Below are positions 1 to 12,590 of a stretch of 64,000 nt of DNA, piece after piece. The stretch comes from Eledone cirrhosa (taxonomy: Eukaryota): NCBI GenBank assembly GCA_964016885.1, contig OZ024740.1, forward strand, positions 79,360,001-79,424,000. The letters are read 5' to 3'. Each line of letters opens with the position of its first letter. Position 1 is the stretch's first letter. Below the pieces are notes generated by a model. It was not told where the DNA came from, ran no database searches, and saw nothing but the letters and a program-made list of their open reading frames with translations. A program made the translations under genes and the position numbers.

Positions 1-1192
1 AAGGTATTCTCTGGCTGACTTGTGTGTGCTGGGTGGCCTGGATCTCTATAAAGGTACCTAAGCAATGGCAATCAAGTTTCAAAGAGGGAGACAAGAGTGA
101 TTGTTCCAATTACAGAGGGATCTCCTTGTTAAGCCTCTCCGGTAAAGTGCTTGCTAAGTGTCTGGAAAAGAGATGCAGGGAGATGTCGAGTCCAAGCTAG
201 CTGATGAACAGTGTGGTTTTCGCTCCGGACGCAGCACAGCCGACCAAATATTCATACTGCGGCAGGTATTCGAGAAATCGTGGGAGTATTGCTAAGAGGT
301 ATGCCTTTTCAAGGTTGACAAAACAAGAGTTTTGTCAACCTTGAAAAGGCGTATGACCGCGTTCCTCGGGATCTGTTGTGGAAGGTTGTGCAGGGGTATG
401 GAATCGATGGTCAGCTTTGCAGACGACATGGTGTTACTTAAATCGACAGAAGGTGATCACCAAGTCTGATGCCGAGTGCTGTATAGTTGGAATGAAAATC
501 AGTGCTGCGAAAACTGAGACACTCATCCTTTCAAGAAAACCTGCACGGTGTACTCTACATGTGAATGGAGTTCCACTGAAGTTGGTAGAGAAGTTCAAGT
601 ATCTCGGGGCCGTGTTCACGACTGATGGAAAACAGGAGGCTGAATTAAGTACAAGAATTACACCAGCTTCAGCATTCAGGAATCAGAAAAAGTGAGGTAG
701 ACGTAAAAGCAAAACTCGCTATCTTTAATTTGGTATTCGTGTTAACCCTTACTTATGGTCATGAAACTTGGGTAATGATCGAAAGAATACGACCGCGAAT
801 ACAAGCGGTCGAAATAGGGTTCTTCCGAAGGAACTTTAGAGTGTGTAGCTCAGAGATCAGAGAGTCACCACTTCTCCGAATTGAGAGATCGCAGCTCCGA
901 TACTATGTGTATGTGTTTAGAATGTCGCAGGAAAGAATCTCTGGACAGATTTTACGGGCAAAAACTAACTGGTAGGAGACACAGGGATAGACCCCGAGCA
1001 AGATGGTTGGATAACATCCATGAGCTTGGCTGATCACGGTTGGGGATCCAGCTGGATCAGTTGGAGACGGTTGCTTCTGACAGGACGCGCTGGAGGGAGT
1101 GTTTGAGGACTTTTCCCTCAAGATCTTCTCAGTAATATGTGGGTGAAGAAGAAGAAGAAGAAGAAGAAGAAGAAGAAGAAGAAGAAGAAGAA
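1..1192 (+). mobile_element. RTE-clade LINE, decayed 3' part of ORF2 (reverse transcriptase) with (GAA)n tail
   Basis: Translates to RT motifs KEGDKSDCSNYRGISLLSL, EQCGFRSGRSTADQIF, LEKAYDRVPR and VEKFKYLG, then the RTE-type C-terminus GRPRARWLDNI. Stops and frameshifts present; ends in (GAA)n at 1145-1192. Confidence 0.9.
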
Positions 1193-1354
1193 GGGGGAGG
1201 AAGAGGTGGAGGAGGAGGAGGAGGAAGAGTATGGTATTTTGGAAAAGGCTAGTTTTAGTATATTCTTGTTTTACTGGCTGACTGGACACATACGCGCTTT
1301 TTCTCCAAAGATTTTTTTTCTGTTTGTTCCTCTTCTCACTCTCTAGCTTTCTAT

Positions 1355-1495
1355 TTCTTTTATTTCTCATTCATCATCTAATGAAGGACTAGTGTCCGAA
1401 ACGTTAAGACTCTTTTGCTACTATATCAAGCGTTAATCTGATATATATCTTCATTACATTGTATTGTTTGCTTTGTTATTTTCGTTTACTTTTCA
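1355..1495 (+). mobile_element. PLE-type terminal repeat (family A) with mutated hammerhead core
   Basis: CTAATGA-AGGAC-TAGT-GTCC-GAAACGTT-AAGA at 1378-1409; same family as 12001, 12450, 59345 and 60745. Confidence 0.7.
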
Positions 1496-1516
1496 CACAC
1501 ACATGCACACACACAT

Positions 1517-1595
<79 letters not shown>

Positions 1596-1600
<5 letters not shown>

Positions 1601-1777
1601 GGAAAAGAGTCCGGCCGTTTCGACAGCTAGATCTGAACAGTTCAGATCTAGCTGTCGAAACGGCCGGAGCTCAGCCATCGGGATCCTGACTCTTTTCCTA
1701 TTACCCACTCTACTACCCTAAGTATTGAGTACTATGGCGCGTTATGGTCCATCTGGTTCCTTACCACACCTTCTTTG

Positions 1778-1780
<3 letters not shown>
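1596..1780 (+). repeat. Hairpin+tail element, copy 1 of 5
   Basis: Palindrome centred on GATCTGAAC-A-GTTCAGATC (left arm has a ~20-nt deletion), followed by a ~75-nt tail and (TA)n. Confidence 0.85.
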
Positions 1781-1825
<45 letters not shown>

Positions 1826-2078
1826 GCATGTATGTATGTATGTATGTGTGTGTGTATATATATATATATACATACATACACATATATATATATATGTATA
1901 TATAAGTATATAAGTATATATACATATATATATATATATGGGGGTGTGCGCGCGTGCGTGTGTGTGTATGTTTGTGTATGTGTATGTATACATGTGTCAT
2001 TCGACCGGTCAGATGAGTGAAAAGAACGACTCTGCGAAAGGAAAAAGAGAGAGTGAGACAGGAGAAAGTTAAAGGAGA

Positions 2079-2165
<87 letters not shown>

Positions 2166-2544
2166 TATTGGGCAGTTGGGATGTTGGGAAGTTGGGAGGT
2201 TGGATGGGCGCTGATAGAGAAAAATCATAGACCACTAATTAAACATAGAAAGCTAACATTTGATAGCTGTAGCTGGCATATTTCAGATGTTTAGACGTGA
2301 ATAATGAATTGTATTATCGACTTGGATCAGGCATTGCTATGTTAATATTTAGTGTGAGTAGTAAAGCGTAAAAAGCGTAAGAAACCATAGCAACATAGAT
2401 GTAATAACCATAACCATGGTGAACAACTGTTTCGGACCTAACCCAACGAAGCATTCCCGATTATTTGTTATACAATTAGTTTGATATTTCATTTCGGACC
2501 AATGGATAACAAAAGTCTAAATTGATGTCAATCATATGGACATG

Positions 2545-2545
<1 letters not shown>

Positions 2546-2603
<58 letters not shown>

Positions 2604-2740
2604 ATGAGGCTGGTCGTAGTAGTATTTGTGATGGTGGTGCTGGTTGTAGTAGTAGTAGTAGTAGTAATAGTAGTAGTAGTAATAGTAGTAGTAGTAGCAG
2701 CAGCAGCAGTAGTAGCAGCAGCAGCAGCAGCAGCCACAGC

Positions 2741-2789
<49 letters not shown>

Positions 2790-2790
2790 A
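2546..2790. repeat. (AGT)n/(AGC)n compound microsatellite
   Basis: Direct reading of the sequence. Confidence 0.95.
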
Positions 2791-2794
2791 TGAA

Positions 2795-3130
2795 GCCGCA
2801 TGGCTTACTGCTTAGAGTGTTGGGCTTGCACTCGGGAAGTTGAGAGTTCCATTCACGGACCGGGTGATGCATTGTGTTCTTGAACAAGACACTTTATTTC
2901 ACGTTGCTCTAGTTAACTCAGCTGTAGAAATAAATTGCGACATCACTGGTGCCAAGCTGTTTCAGTCATTGTCTTTCCCTTGGACAACATCGGTGGTGTG
3001 GAGAGGGGAGACTGGTATGGGCGACTGCTGGTCTTCCACAAAAACACCTTACCCGGTCGTGTGTCTCGGAGGGGAACATTTTAAGGTGCAAAACCCATGA
3101 CCATTTGTAACCGAAGGGGGGATCTTTACC
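2795..3130 (+). mobile_element. tRNA-derived SINE, second family
   Basis: A-box-like TGGCTTACTG and B-box-like GAGTTCCATTC, then core TGTGTTCTTGAACAAGACACTTTATTTCACGTTGCTC. Related pieces at ~14610-14900 and ~54120-54335. Confidence 0.6.
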
Positions 3131-3137
3131 TTAGTAA

Positions 3138-3177
<40 letters not shown>

Positions 3178-5304
3178 TGTTGTTGTTGCTGGAATGGTAG
3201 TTATAGTAGTGGGAGGCGTTGTTGTTGATTAATCTTAGGTGAGGTCTGTTATCAAAGTTATTCCAGCTGTGACCGTTCCATCTTCTTTGTATATCTAAGA
3301 CTACATTGTTCAATGAGTCCCAATTTGTTTTGCGGCAGTAGGATATCATTTGTAAGTATTTGGTTACTATTTCTTGTGCGTAGTTGGTTTGCGTTAGTGG
3401 GGTTAACCCTGATCAAAGACGTCCCATTTTGACCATCTCATCGTATTTTATGTTTCCATTTACAGGGACGTTGCGACTCTTTTTAATGTCCTTTCTTTCA
3501 AAGACAGAAGGGTGAATAATTTGAAGGAGATTTGGGTGTTGTTTTTACCATATCGATCCAACGCGCTGTGAATGTCTTTCTGTAATTTAGCCTAGGTTTG
3601 GTCTAACCAACAGATCTATGATAAAACCATTTCAAGCCGTGCTCAGTCCGTCTTTTAATCAGACATAGACAGCATGAACTGATGTAAATATGACTACTAT
3701 TTCTAGCATGTCGAAGTTTCTTTGTTAGCTCGTTTGGTGCAAATAATTGCCAATATAGATCTTCATCACTGTATACTTCATTCCATGCTCTTAGTTTGCT
3801 ATATAGACGTGAAATCTTTGAAAAGAGAAGAGAAAATGTGTTTTGTTTGGATATCGTAATATTATTGTTGTCCTGCTGTTATAGTATTTAAATAGTCAAA
3901 TTTTATTAAATAACGTTACAAATGGGAGTGAAAATATGAACACATATGATATATACAAAGCATATAAATAAATTTACAGTAGAATAACATAACAAATATG
4001 TTTTTAATATATACATAAATAACATTACAAATGCTTAAATAACATTATAAATTGCTCGCGATTCTTTCAGAAGGATATATTCCTTTAATGTTAAAGAAAA
4101 TGTAAAGCAAAGGGGTGAACAACCGAGCCAACACCAGAGCAAAAGACAGCAGCATCGCGAGGAGTACTGAGCAACCTCTCTAATGTGATGGGATACATAA
4201 ATTAATTTTGATTGTTTATTTAATTATTTTTTAATAAAAAGAAAATTTTAATGAGAATCTTAAATTAAACTATGATTTTTAGGGAATAAGAAAAAAAAAA
4301 CCCTTTGAAAGTACTCAATCAAATAATTTGAACGTAAAATCGAGTATATAAATGCCGGCACTGAGTTAGATATCTATTTATAGAAAAATGCTTTTGTAAT
4401 ATCCAGTGAATAGTATAATGAGTCAATCCTCGCTACTGGTGTCACCAAAGTCAATTGCTATATGTTTTGCATACATAGAAGACAGATATAAACGCAAACA
4501 AGACCGTAATTGCTCCAACCAGTCTAGTCACCTTCGATAACTACTCTACCTATACTATATATATATACCATATACATATATACACCATATACATATATAG
4601 AACAAACGCAATCAATCATCGAATGCCCAATATGTAAACAATGCACTCGGAAAACAAAGCATCTGGTGGACCGTCAGATTCCAAACTCTTAAAATTACAT
4701 TTGTAAAAACCAAGCCAATCCTGACCTAAATGTCTATATTAGACCTAAAACATCCCACCAAAAATCCTCACCCCAGGCATCAACCATATATTCCAACTTT
4801 TAACCCACTCTAAAGAGAGTATGGGAGAGACGCACTTTTTGAAGCTTCAGCCATCAAATTACACAGTTTCTGTACAAGAATAGACATTAAATATCAATCA
4901 TTACCTCAGCGACTACAACCCCATTATGTAATAGGCCTTGCTTCATCCTTTCCCATATATCCTTAACCTAAAACCTCAAGTAATTCACACAAGGTGATGT
5001 GATGTCATGCATCGGAAGGCTCAGGTTTCAAATAATTATAATATACATATTCGAATGTAAAACATAATCAAAATTAAATAAAATACTAAACTATTAAAGA
5101 AAGAAGAGCGAAACTATCGAAGACAAAGAACACAAGAAATCTAGTTACTATTCCATATCCTATAAACCACAACAAGAATAAGGAAAATCCCAAAGAAACA
5201 AGCGACATGAGCGAAATGAATCCATGATGAAGATTATATATATATGAAAAATATGATATCAGAAAATATTATAACCAATAAGCAACGTAAAAGGTATAAA
5301 TCTC

Positions 5305-5497
5305 AGTGTCTGGCTTGGCAGTATCGGTAGAGAGTTGGACGCCATGCTTTACAGCATAGAGTTATGGCCCTTTACGGTCTGAGTTCAAATCTAACCGAGG
5401 TTAACTTTGCCTTTCATCCTTACGGGGTCGATAAAATAAAGTACCAGTAATGCACTGGGGTAATTACAGCTTTGTACCAGAAGTAGAAACAATTATT
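5305..5497 (+). mobile_element. tRNA-derived SINE, major family (~190 bp)
   Basis: Head TGGCAGTATCGGTAGAG...GAGTTCAAATC, core AACTTTGCCTTTCATCCTTACGGGGTCGATAAAATAAAGTACCAG, tail AGAAACAATTATT. About 18 copies in the window. Confidence 0.85.
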
Positions 5498-5524
5498 AAT
5501 ATAAAATAAACAAAATATATACTC

Positions 5525-5566
<42 letters not shown>

Positions 5567-6077
5567 CAAGCTAAAATGTTCAAGCCCGGGATTTGAGAAC
5601 ATCAAAAACTCTTTTAACGATAATGTTATCAATAAATGACCAGACAAAAAGTCATTTTAGCTGCAAATAATTTAATTCTAACATTCTAGAAAGCGGAAAT
5701 ATTCCTCGAAGTTAAATTTCTAGCGGAAAAAAACAACTGACTACAAGCATTTGTTGGGTGTTTCACGTACACAATAAACAGGATAACATGTGATATGCTT
5801 TTACCAAACAGTTACAAGGAGAAGGAAGAACGTATATGACAAACATTGAAGTGATACAGCTTTCCGACGGAAATTTTGGACAAGAAATGTGCTGTGAGAA
5901 AATATCTTGAACTATAACTTCAGTTCAAGTGATAATTTGATCACACAAGAGGTTACTTCTCAAACAAGTGGTTTCGGGTTTCCTCTCACCGCATGATGCC
6001 GTAGGCGAGTGCCTTGATTCCAGTTGACTAATGACTTGTGAGTGACATTCAGTAGATAGAAACTGCAAAGACCCATC

Positions 6078-6166
<89 letters not shown>

Positions 6167-6169
<3 letters not shown>

Positions 6170-6364
6170 CGAAGGAAGTGTGGTAAGGAACCAGGTGGAC
6201 CATAACGCACCAGAGAACTCGATACTTAGGGTAGTTTAGTGGGTAATAGGAAAAGAGTCAGGACCCCGATGACTGAGCTCCGGCCGTTTCGACAGCTAGA
6301 TCCGAACAGTTCGGATCTAGCTGTCGAAACGACCGGAGCTCAGCCGTCGGGTCCTGACTCTTTT

Positions 6365-6369
<5 letters not shown>
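6167..6369 (-). repeat. Hairpin+tail element, copy 2 of 5
   Basis: Near-perfect ~120-nt palindrome 6247-6369 centred on GATCCGAAC-A-GTTCGGATC, with tail 6167-6246; flanked by (TA)n on both sides. Confidence 0.85.
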
Positions 6370-6399
<30 letters not shown>

Positions 6400-6405
<6 letters not shown>

Positions 6406-7030
6406 CAATATGTTGAAAAGGTAACACACGAGAGAGAAATAGTGCGCCATCAATAAAACACCGAAAAACCGCCAGTGTATGGAATCTATAACTTATGAAA
6501 GGCAGGGTAGACACACAATAATTAAAAATATAAATTAAAGTGTATATACGCACCTCTATAACTATATAGCACACGCGTACAAATCCAAAGAGATCTGTTT
6601 CGCCAGGAAGTTGTTGACTGAAATGGAATAGCCTATGGTTCATCAGCGCGTGCAAACTATACATTCCAGACAACTCTAAGAGAATCTAAAGCGACCGTCC
6701 AGCTACACCCGGGAGAGAGATGTCACAGCGTATTTAGTGCAGTGAACCAGTGGTATCTGAGGGACGAGCTGCTAGAAAGGGCAGCCCCAAAACCACTCAG
6801 AGAAGTGTGCTCAACCAAGGAGCGAAATATCACGATAAATTAACGGAGCCATAGACTCTCGCTATTCTCTGTCAATAATGTGCTCAAAAGAAAAGGAATC
6901 CTGAGCTCTTTAAAATACAATATGTTGAAAAGGTAACACACTGGAGAGAGATATATAGTGCGCCATCAATAAAACAGGGAAAAACCACCAGTGTATGGAA
7001 TCTATAACATATGAAAGGCAGGGTAGACAT
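6400..7030 (-). mobile_element. Non-coding partial-tandem element (512-bp unit, ~115-bp direct terminal repeats) carrying a hammerhead ribozyme; retrozyme/PLE-derivative
   Basis: AAAATACAATATGTTGAAAAGGTAACAC...GGCAGGGTAGACA repeated at 6400 and 6912; flanked by (TA)n; no credible ORF. Confidence 0.75.
6572..6652 (-). ncRNA. Type I hammerhead ribozyme with full stem III
   Basis: Minus strand reads CACGCG-CUGAUGA-aCCA...UGGc-GAA-ACAGAUCU-cuuu-GGAUUUGU-A/CGCGUG: 6-bp stem I, 8-bp stem III (with G-U pairs), GUA cleavage triplet. Confidence 0.85.
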
Positions 7031-7434
7031 ATATATATAATAAAGATGCCTTTTCTCTACTAACGTATTGAGTACCTTTGCTAACTGTGGTTGCCCCCCC
7101 CCCCCATCGGCATATGTATATATGTGTGTGCGTGAACGTGTCTTTTACATCGCCTTTCTTTATTTCCTTCTTCCAGTCACCTCTATACCCCAAATACACT
7201 TGTCCGAGTCCTTCTCTTTCAATCGTTTCTATATTTCATCTGCCTGTCACCTATTTCATGGATTGTCTCTCTGTCGACCACTCGCCACTAGTCTCTGACT
7301 TCTGAGGCATTTTTGCCCATCGCTGTCTTTGCTTACCCATGGCCGTTTTAGCGGCAGTTCTAGCTATTAGTTTTTTCATTTTTTTATGGAGTAAAATGCA
7401 CTCTACCTTCGTCTCGGTCAGAGACAACAACGTG

Positions 7435-7570
<136 letters not shown>

Positions 7571-7594
7571 CACGTTGTTGTCTCTGACCGATTT

Positions 7595-7630
7595 TCGCCT
7601 GAAGAAGGGCTTATGCCCGAAACGTCGTTC
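7595..7630 (+). ncRNA. Minimal hammerhead motif
   Basis: CTGAAGA-AGGGC-TTAT-GCCC-GAAAC-GTC at 7599-7626; stem I is weak. A degenerate relative lies at ~45471-45498 (-). Confidence 0.65.
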
Positions 7631-7716
7631 CCCCCACCCCCATCCCCACTCTCAAGAGCGTGAAACTAATAAACCTTTGTTCGTACTGCCTCTCTGTTTT
7701 GTTCCCGTTCTATTTT

Positions 7717-7836
<120 letters not shown>

Positions 7837-7912
7837 GGAGATTCCAACCAGAATGGTTGCATTTTTTCAGGGTATGTCAATATTTATTTATAAAACTAAC
7901 CTATATTATATT

Positions 7913-7970
7913 TTATCTGATGAAAGCGCACCATAATTTGCCTTGGTGGCCCTTGAAATATGTATAATGA
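7913..7970 (+). ncRNA. Hammerhead motif upstream of the GIY-YIG ORF
   Basis: TTAT-CTGATGA-AAG.GCACCA...TGGTG.CCTT-GAAATATGTATA-ATGA; stems I-III can be paired by eye. Confidence 0.55.
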
Positions 7971-8012
7971 CATAAATATGGTTTTATAAATATAGTTTCC
8001 ATTTGTTAATAT

Positions 8013-8043
<31 letters not shown>

Positions 8044-8044
8044 A

Positions 8045-9117
8045 CGTATATCAAATACGTAAATGTTGGGTCTAACCACCCCATCTCTATAATTAAATCT
8101 ATCCCTAAAAATATTTCCCTTAGAATCTCGGGTCTATCTTCTAACATACAAGTATTTAAGGAACACGCCGAGTACTACGATAACGCCCTTAGTAAAGCAG
8201 GCTACCTCAACAAAATAGAGTATATAGATGGGAACAATCAAAACACCCAAAATAAATCCCACATAGGTGGATATAATAACACAACACCAAACCGCACTTA
8301 CTACCATAGTATGCACACCAGTAAACCAACAAACAAAACTAATAGAAAGCGATGCAAAGAGTACTTATGGTATAACCCCGAATACAATAGTTCCATTAGT
8401 ACAAATTTACCAGTACTCTTCTTTAAAATAATTAAGAGACATTTTCCTACATCACACAAATACCACAAAATCCTAAACCCTACCACTATAAGACTGTCAT
8501 ACTCTACAGCGTTAAACCTTGAACGACACATAAAAAAGATCAATACTAGAAGGTTAAACGAAAACACTAAGAACTTAAGTACAAAGAACACGAAAAAAAC
8601 AGTAGACAATACACTACAGAACATAAATAAACCACACCTAAGTTCGTCCGCAATACTACTCCAGAGAAAACCCAACGTACACAACTGTAACTGCACCTAT
8701 CCTGACAACTGCCCCCTCGGCAATAACTGCCTGGAAAAAAATATTATTTATAAGTGTACCATTAAATCCGGAGGCAACGAGTGGTATTACGTGGGATCAA
8801 CGGCAACATCGTTTAAATCTCGATTATATAGGCATTCTTACTCAATAAAACACCAGAGCCAAAGAAATGTAACAACTTTAGCAGAAAAAGCTTGGACGCT
8901 CAGGGATAGCGATCAAAAGTTTACCCTAAAATGGGAGAAATTAGCTAAAACCCAAAGCTTTTCCAGGAGCCAAAATTTCTGCAAATTGTGTAATCTTGAG
9001 ATTTATTACATAATCACACACAAGAAGAAGTTGCTGAATAACAGAATTGAACGAACATTATTCTGCCGTCACAGAACTAAAACCCTTTTTTCCCACTACA
9101 AGCCGAATATTACATAA
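8045..9117 (+). CDS. Penelope-like element ORF, 5'-truncated: RT thumb/linker plus GIY-YIG endonuclease (Naiad-like CxCx5C linker)
   Basis: YVNVGSNHP (thumb), WYNPEYN, CNCTYPDNCPLGNNC, IIYKC...YYVGST, FKSRLYRH, CKLCNLE, LNNRIE...CRH. Open frame; the predicted N-terminus is microsatellite-derived. Confidence 0.85.
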
Positions 9118-9229
9118 AAGAGGGACATCCCCCAACTATATAAACCTCAATCTAGTTAGAAAAATATAAAAACAATCTCTTCTCAACATATATTAATAAC
9201 CTTAAATTACCACACTAATAATGGAAAGA

Positions 9230-9287
9230 TATGCTGATGAGAATAGGTGCAAATATGCGATAATGAAGGTGTCTAAAAACGTCCATA
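9230..9287 (+). ncRNA. Degenerate hammerhead in PLE 3' region
   Basis: TATG-CTGATGA-GA...TC-TAAAAAC-GTC-CATA; stem I is TATG/CATA, but the GAAA core is mutated. Confidence 0.5.
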
Positions 9288-9961
9288 AGTATGTATATAT
9301 ATGTGAAAATGTATATAAATAAGTAAATATATATATATGTTTGATGTGTATAGTTAGATGTAAGTGTATTCATGTATTAAAGTGCTTATATATATGTATA
9401 TATATATATATAGATGTGTATGTATATGTATATATGTACACATAGACTAGAGTATGTATGTATATATGTGTGTCTATACGTGTGTATATAAAGATAAGTT
9501 GAGTATGAAAATGTATACACATGAACGCGTATGTATGTACATGAATACATGTGTGTATATATATATGTATGCATGTGTATATGTATGTAAGTATGAACAT
9601 GTTACTATGTGAATGTGAGTATATGTATTTTGTAGAGGTGTGCAAATATATTTGTGTGTGAATGCGTGGGTGAAAGGATACGTACACTTGAAAGAAAAAT
9701 TTAAATCTGAATGTTAATTAAGTGCAAACACAAAACCAACCACGCATATCTTTACTATCTCTAATCCTTCTATAGATTTAGAAAAATAACCAATAATATA
9801 TTCTATAAAAATGTCAAAACAATAGATGGGAATCTAATTACTCACTGCCACCAAAAATTCTCACTGCTATCAAAAAACCACTCCCTCAACTATTCTTCTA
9901 ACAACTTCACCCCTCCCTCCTAATATTCTCTATAAAAACCAAATAGGTCCTCAGTAATATA

Positions 9962-10078
9962 ATTCTGATGAAATGACAGTAAATAATAACATTGAAATAT
10001 TGAATGTCTGCATAACTAAAACTTTGTAGATAGCAGCTGTTTTCAGGTTATGTAACTGTTATAGAAACACGTGTCAAT
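9962..10078 (+). ncRNA. Hammerhead ribozyme with ~90-nt extended stem II
   Basis: ATT-CTGATGA-aATGACAGT...ACTGTTATa-GAAAC-ACGT-GTC-AAT; palindromic stem III ACACGTGT; AATAAA immediately follows the cleavage triplet. Confidence 0.75.
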
Positions 10079-10112
10079 AAATTCCTTTCAACTAAACTGT
10101 ATCCATTCAAAT

Positions 10113-10149
<37 letters not shown>

Positions 10150-10234
10150 TAAAATAATAGATTAAAGTTTAAGTAAAGAATCGCTGCTTTCACCCTTAAC
10201 AAAATGGATGCAGTAAAAACCTGTTAGACCGTTA

Positions 10235-10386
10235 CTCACCAGAGTACTCGATACTTGGGATAGTAGAGGGAGTAATATGAAGAATTCGGGACCCCGACGG
10301 CTGAGCTCCTGTCGTTTCAACAGCTAGATCGGATCTAACTGTTGAAACGGCAGGAACTCAGCTTTCGGGCACCGAATTCTTCATAG
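10235..10386 (-). repeat. Hairpin+tail element, copy 3 of 5
   Basis: GAAGAATTCGG...GTTTCAACAGCTAGATC-G-GATCTAACTGTTGAAAC...CCGAATTCTTC; tail truncated. Confidence 0.8.
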
Positions 10387-10417
10387 ATAGATAGATGGAG
10401 AGAGAGTGAGAGAGAGA

Positions 10418-10506
<89 letters not shown>

Positions 10507-10870
10507 AGGGAGGGTAGAGGGAAAGTGAGAGACGTGCTATGGAGTACGACTGACCTCGAAATCAAAGCAAATTTCTGAACTTCACACCTATGTCTGCTCA
10601 TATAGTTTCCACGGGTAATGATTAACTACACTATTACGACTGAATTAAACAAGCAGCTGTCGGTATAAGCAATCTAGTTAAGTTCTATATAGTTGGCTAT
10701 TTTATTTCCTTAGTAGGATTACATTGGTTTCAAATTGTCATGGTTGGATCAATTTTCGCAGTTATTACCAAATGTTTGATATGAAACTAGCGGGTGGTTA
10801 AAATCACAACGAACGGCGTCTGATTTCCATCTGTTACTGCTTGTTTCAGCATCCGGAAACCCTAGATATA

Positions 10871-10994
<124 letters not shown>

Positions 10995-10997
10995 CAT

Positions 10998-11171
10998 ATA
11001 ACGAAGGAAGTGTGGTAAGGAACCAGGTGGACCATAACGCACCAGAGTACTCAATACTTAGGGTAGTAGAGTGGGTAATAAGAAAATGTTCAAGACCCCG
11101 ACGACAAAGCTAGTATAGAAATAGCCGTCGAAACGGCTCGAGCTCTGCCGTCGGGGTCTTGAACATTTTCC

Positions 11172-11173
<2 letters not shown>
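10998..11173 (-). repeat. Hairpin+tail element, copy 4 of 5
   Basis: GAAAATGTTCAAGACCCCGACG...CGTCGGGGTCTTGAACATTTTC, with the same tail as copy 2. Confidence 0.8.
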
Positions 11174-11203
<30 letters not shown>

Positions 11204-11248
11204 ATATTATATAGAGTTGATATAAAGTATATATCTTTCGTTTATTAC

Positions 11249-11304
<56 letters not shown>

Positions 11305-11310
<6 letters not shown>

Positions 11311-11995
11311 GGAAAAAAATGAAACGAAATTTCATTTCCCACTCTTAGTACGGCTGTTACTTAAATATAAGTATGTACACGTACATACATATATATATAC
11401 AGACGTACAGTAGTATGTATATATATATACATACATGCACACATATATATGTACGTATGAATTCACCGAACATTTATTATAATGCTCGGTGTGTTTGTAA
11501 ACAAACATCCCTTACTAAGCCGTAGTGTCCAGCAACCATCGTTGCTCGTTTGTTCAACACTGACAAAGGAACGCTGTACTAGTTTCAAGCTTATTAGCTA
11601 TCGTCAGCAACGTATACCTTCCTGCCAGATTGTTGAACGTATATACTTACCTTATGCATATTAACGGCTGAGTAGCCCAATTTGCATATCGAGTGGGTTA
11701 ATCGGCCGGGTGCACCGAAAACGATAAACGGAAAAAATGAAACGAAATTTCATTTCCCACTCTTAGTACAGCTGTTACTTAAATATAAGTATGTACACGT
11801 ACATACATATATATATACAGACGTACAGTAGTATGTGTATATATATACATACATGCACACATATATATATGTACGTATGGATTCACCGAACATTTATTAT
11901 AATGCTCGGTGTGTTTGTAAACAAACATCCCGAATTAAGCCGTAGCGTCTAGCAACCATCGTTGCTCGTTTGTTCAACACTGATAAAGGAACGCT
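11305..11995 (+). repeat. ~418-bp unit repeat (1.7 tandem units), unclassified family B
   Basis: ATAAACGGAAAAAAATGAAACGAAATTTCATTTCCCACTCTTAGTAC at 11304 and 11724. Further copies at 23795-25030, 37570-37855 and 57596-57946. Confidence 0.85.
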
Positions 11996-12000
11996 ATTTT

Positions 12001-12133
12001 ATTTCTCATACTTTCTTCTGATGAAGGACTAGCGTCCGAAACGTTAAGACCCTCTTCCTGCTATATCAAGCGTTAACCTAATATATCCCTTCCATATACT
12101 GTACCGATTGTGTTGTTATTTCTGTTTACCTTT

Positions 12134-12140
<7 letters not shown>
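12001..12140 (+). mobile_element. PLE-type terminal repeat (family A) with intact minimal hammerhead at 12014-12049
   Basis: TCTT-CTGATGA-AGGAC-TAGC-GTCC-GAAAC-GTT-AAGA; stem I TCTT/AAGA, palindromic stem III ACGT. Confidence 0.8.
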
Positions 12141-12177
<37 letters not shown>

Positions 12178-12317
12178 CAAGTGACATCACAAGCGATTCT
12201 TTGCTTAAACTTTAATCTGTTATTTTAATAAATATTTGCTCTTCAGTTCTTATATATTTGATATATATTTTCCTTATCGAGCCCTCTCTGGATTTTAGTC
12301 TTCAATTTTATTATTAT

Positions 12318-12590
<273 letters not shown>

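Noticed and set aside
4560-5280. Possible decayed Penelope remnant (A/C-rich, CPICKQC-like)
   Set aside because: Too degraded to assign from motifs alone.
8014-9117. Selenoprotein PLE
   Set aside because: No in-frame TGA in the visible ORF; the conserved cysteines are ordinary Cys codons.
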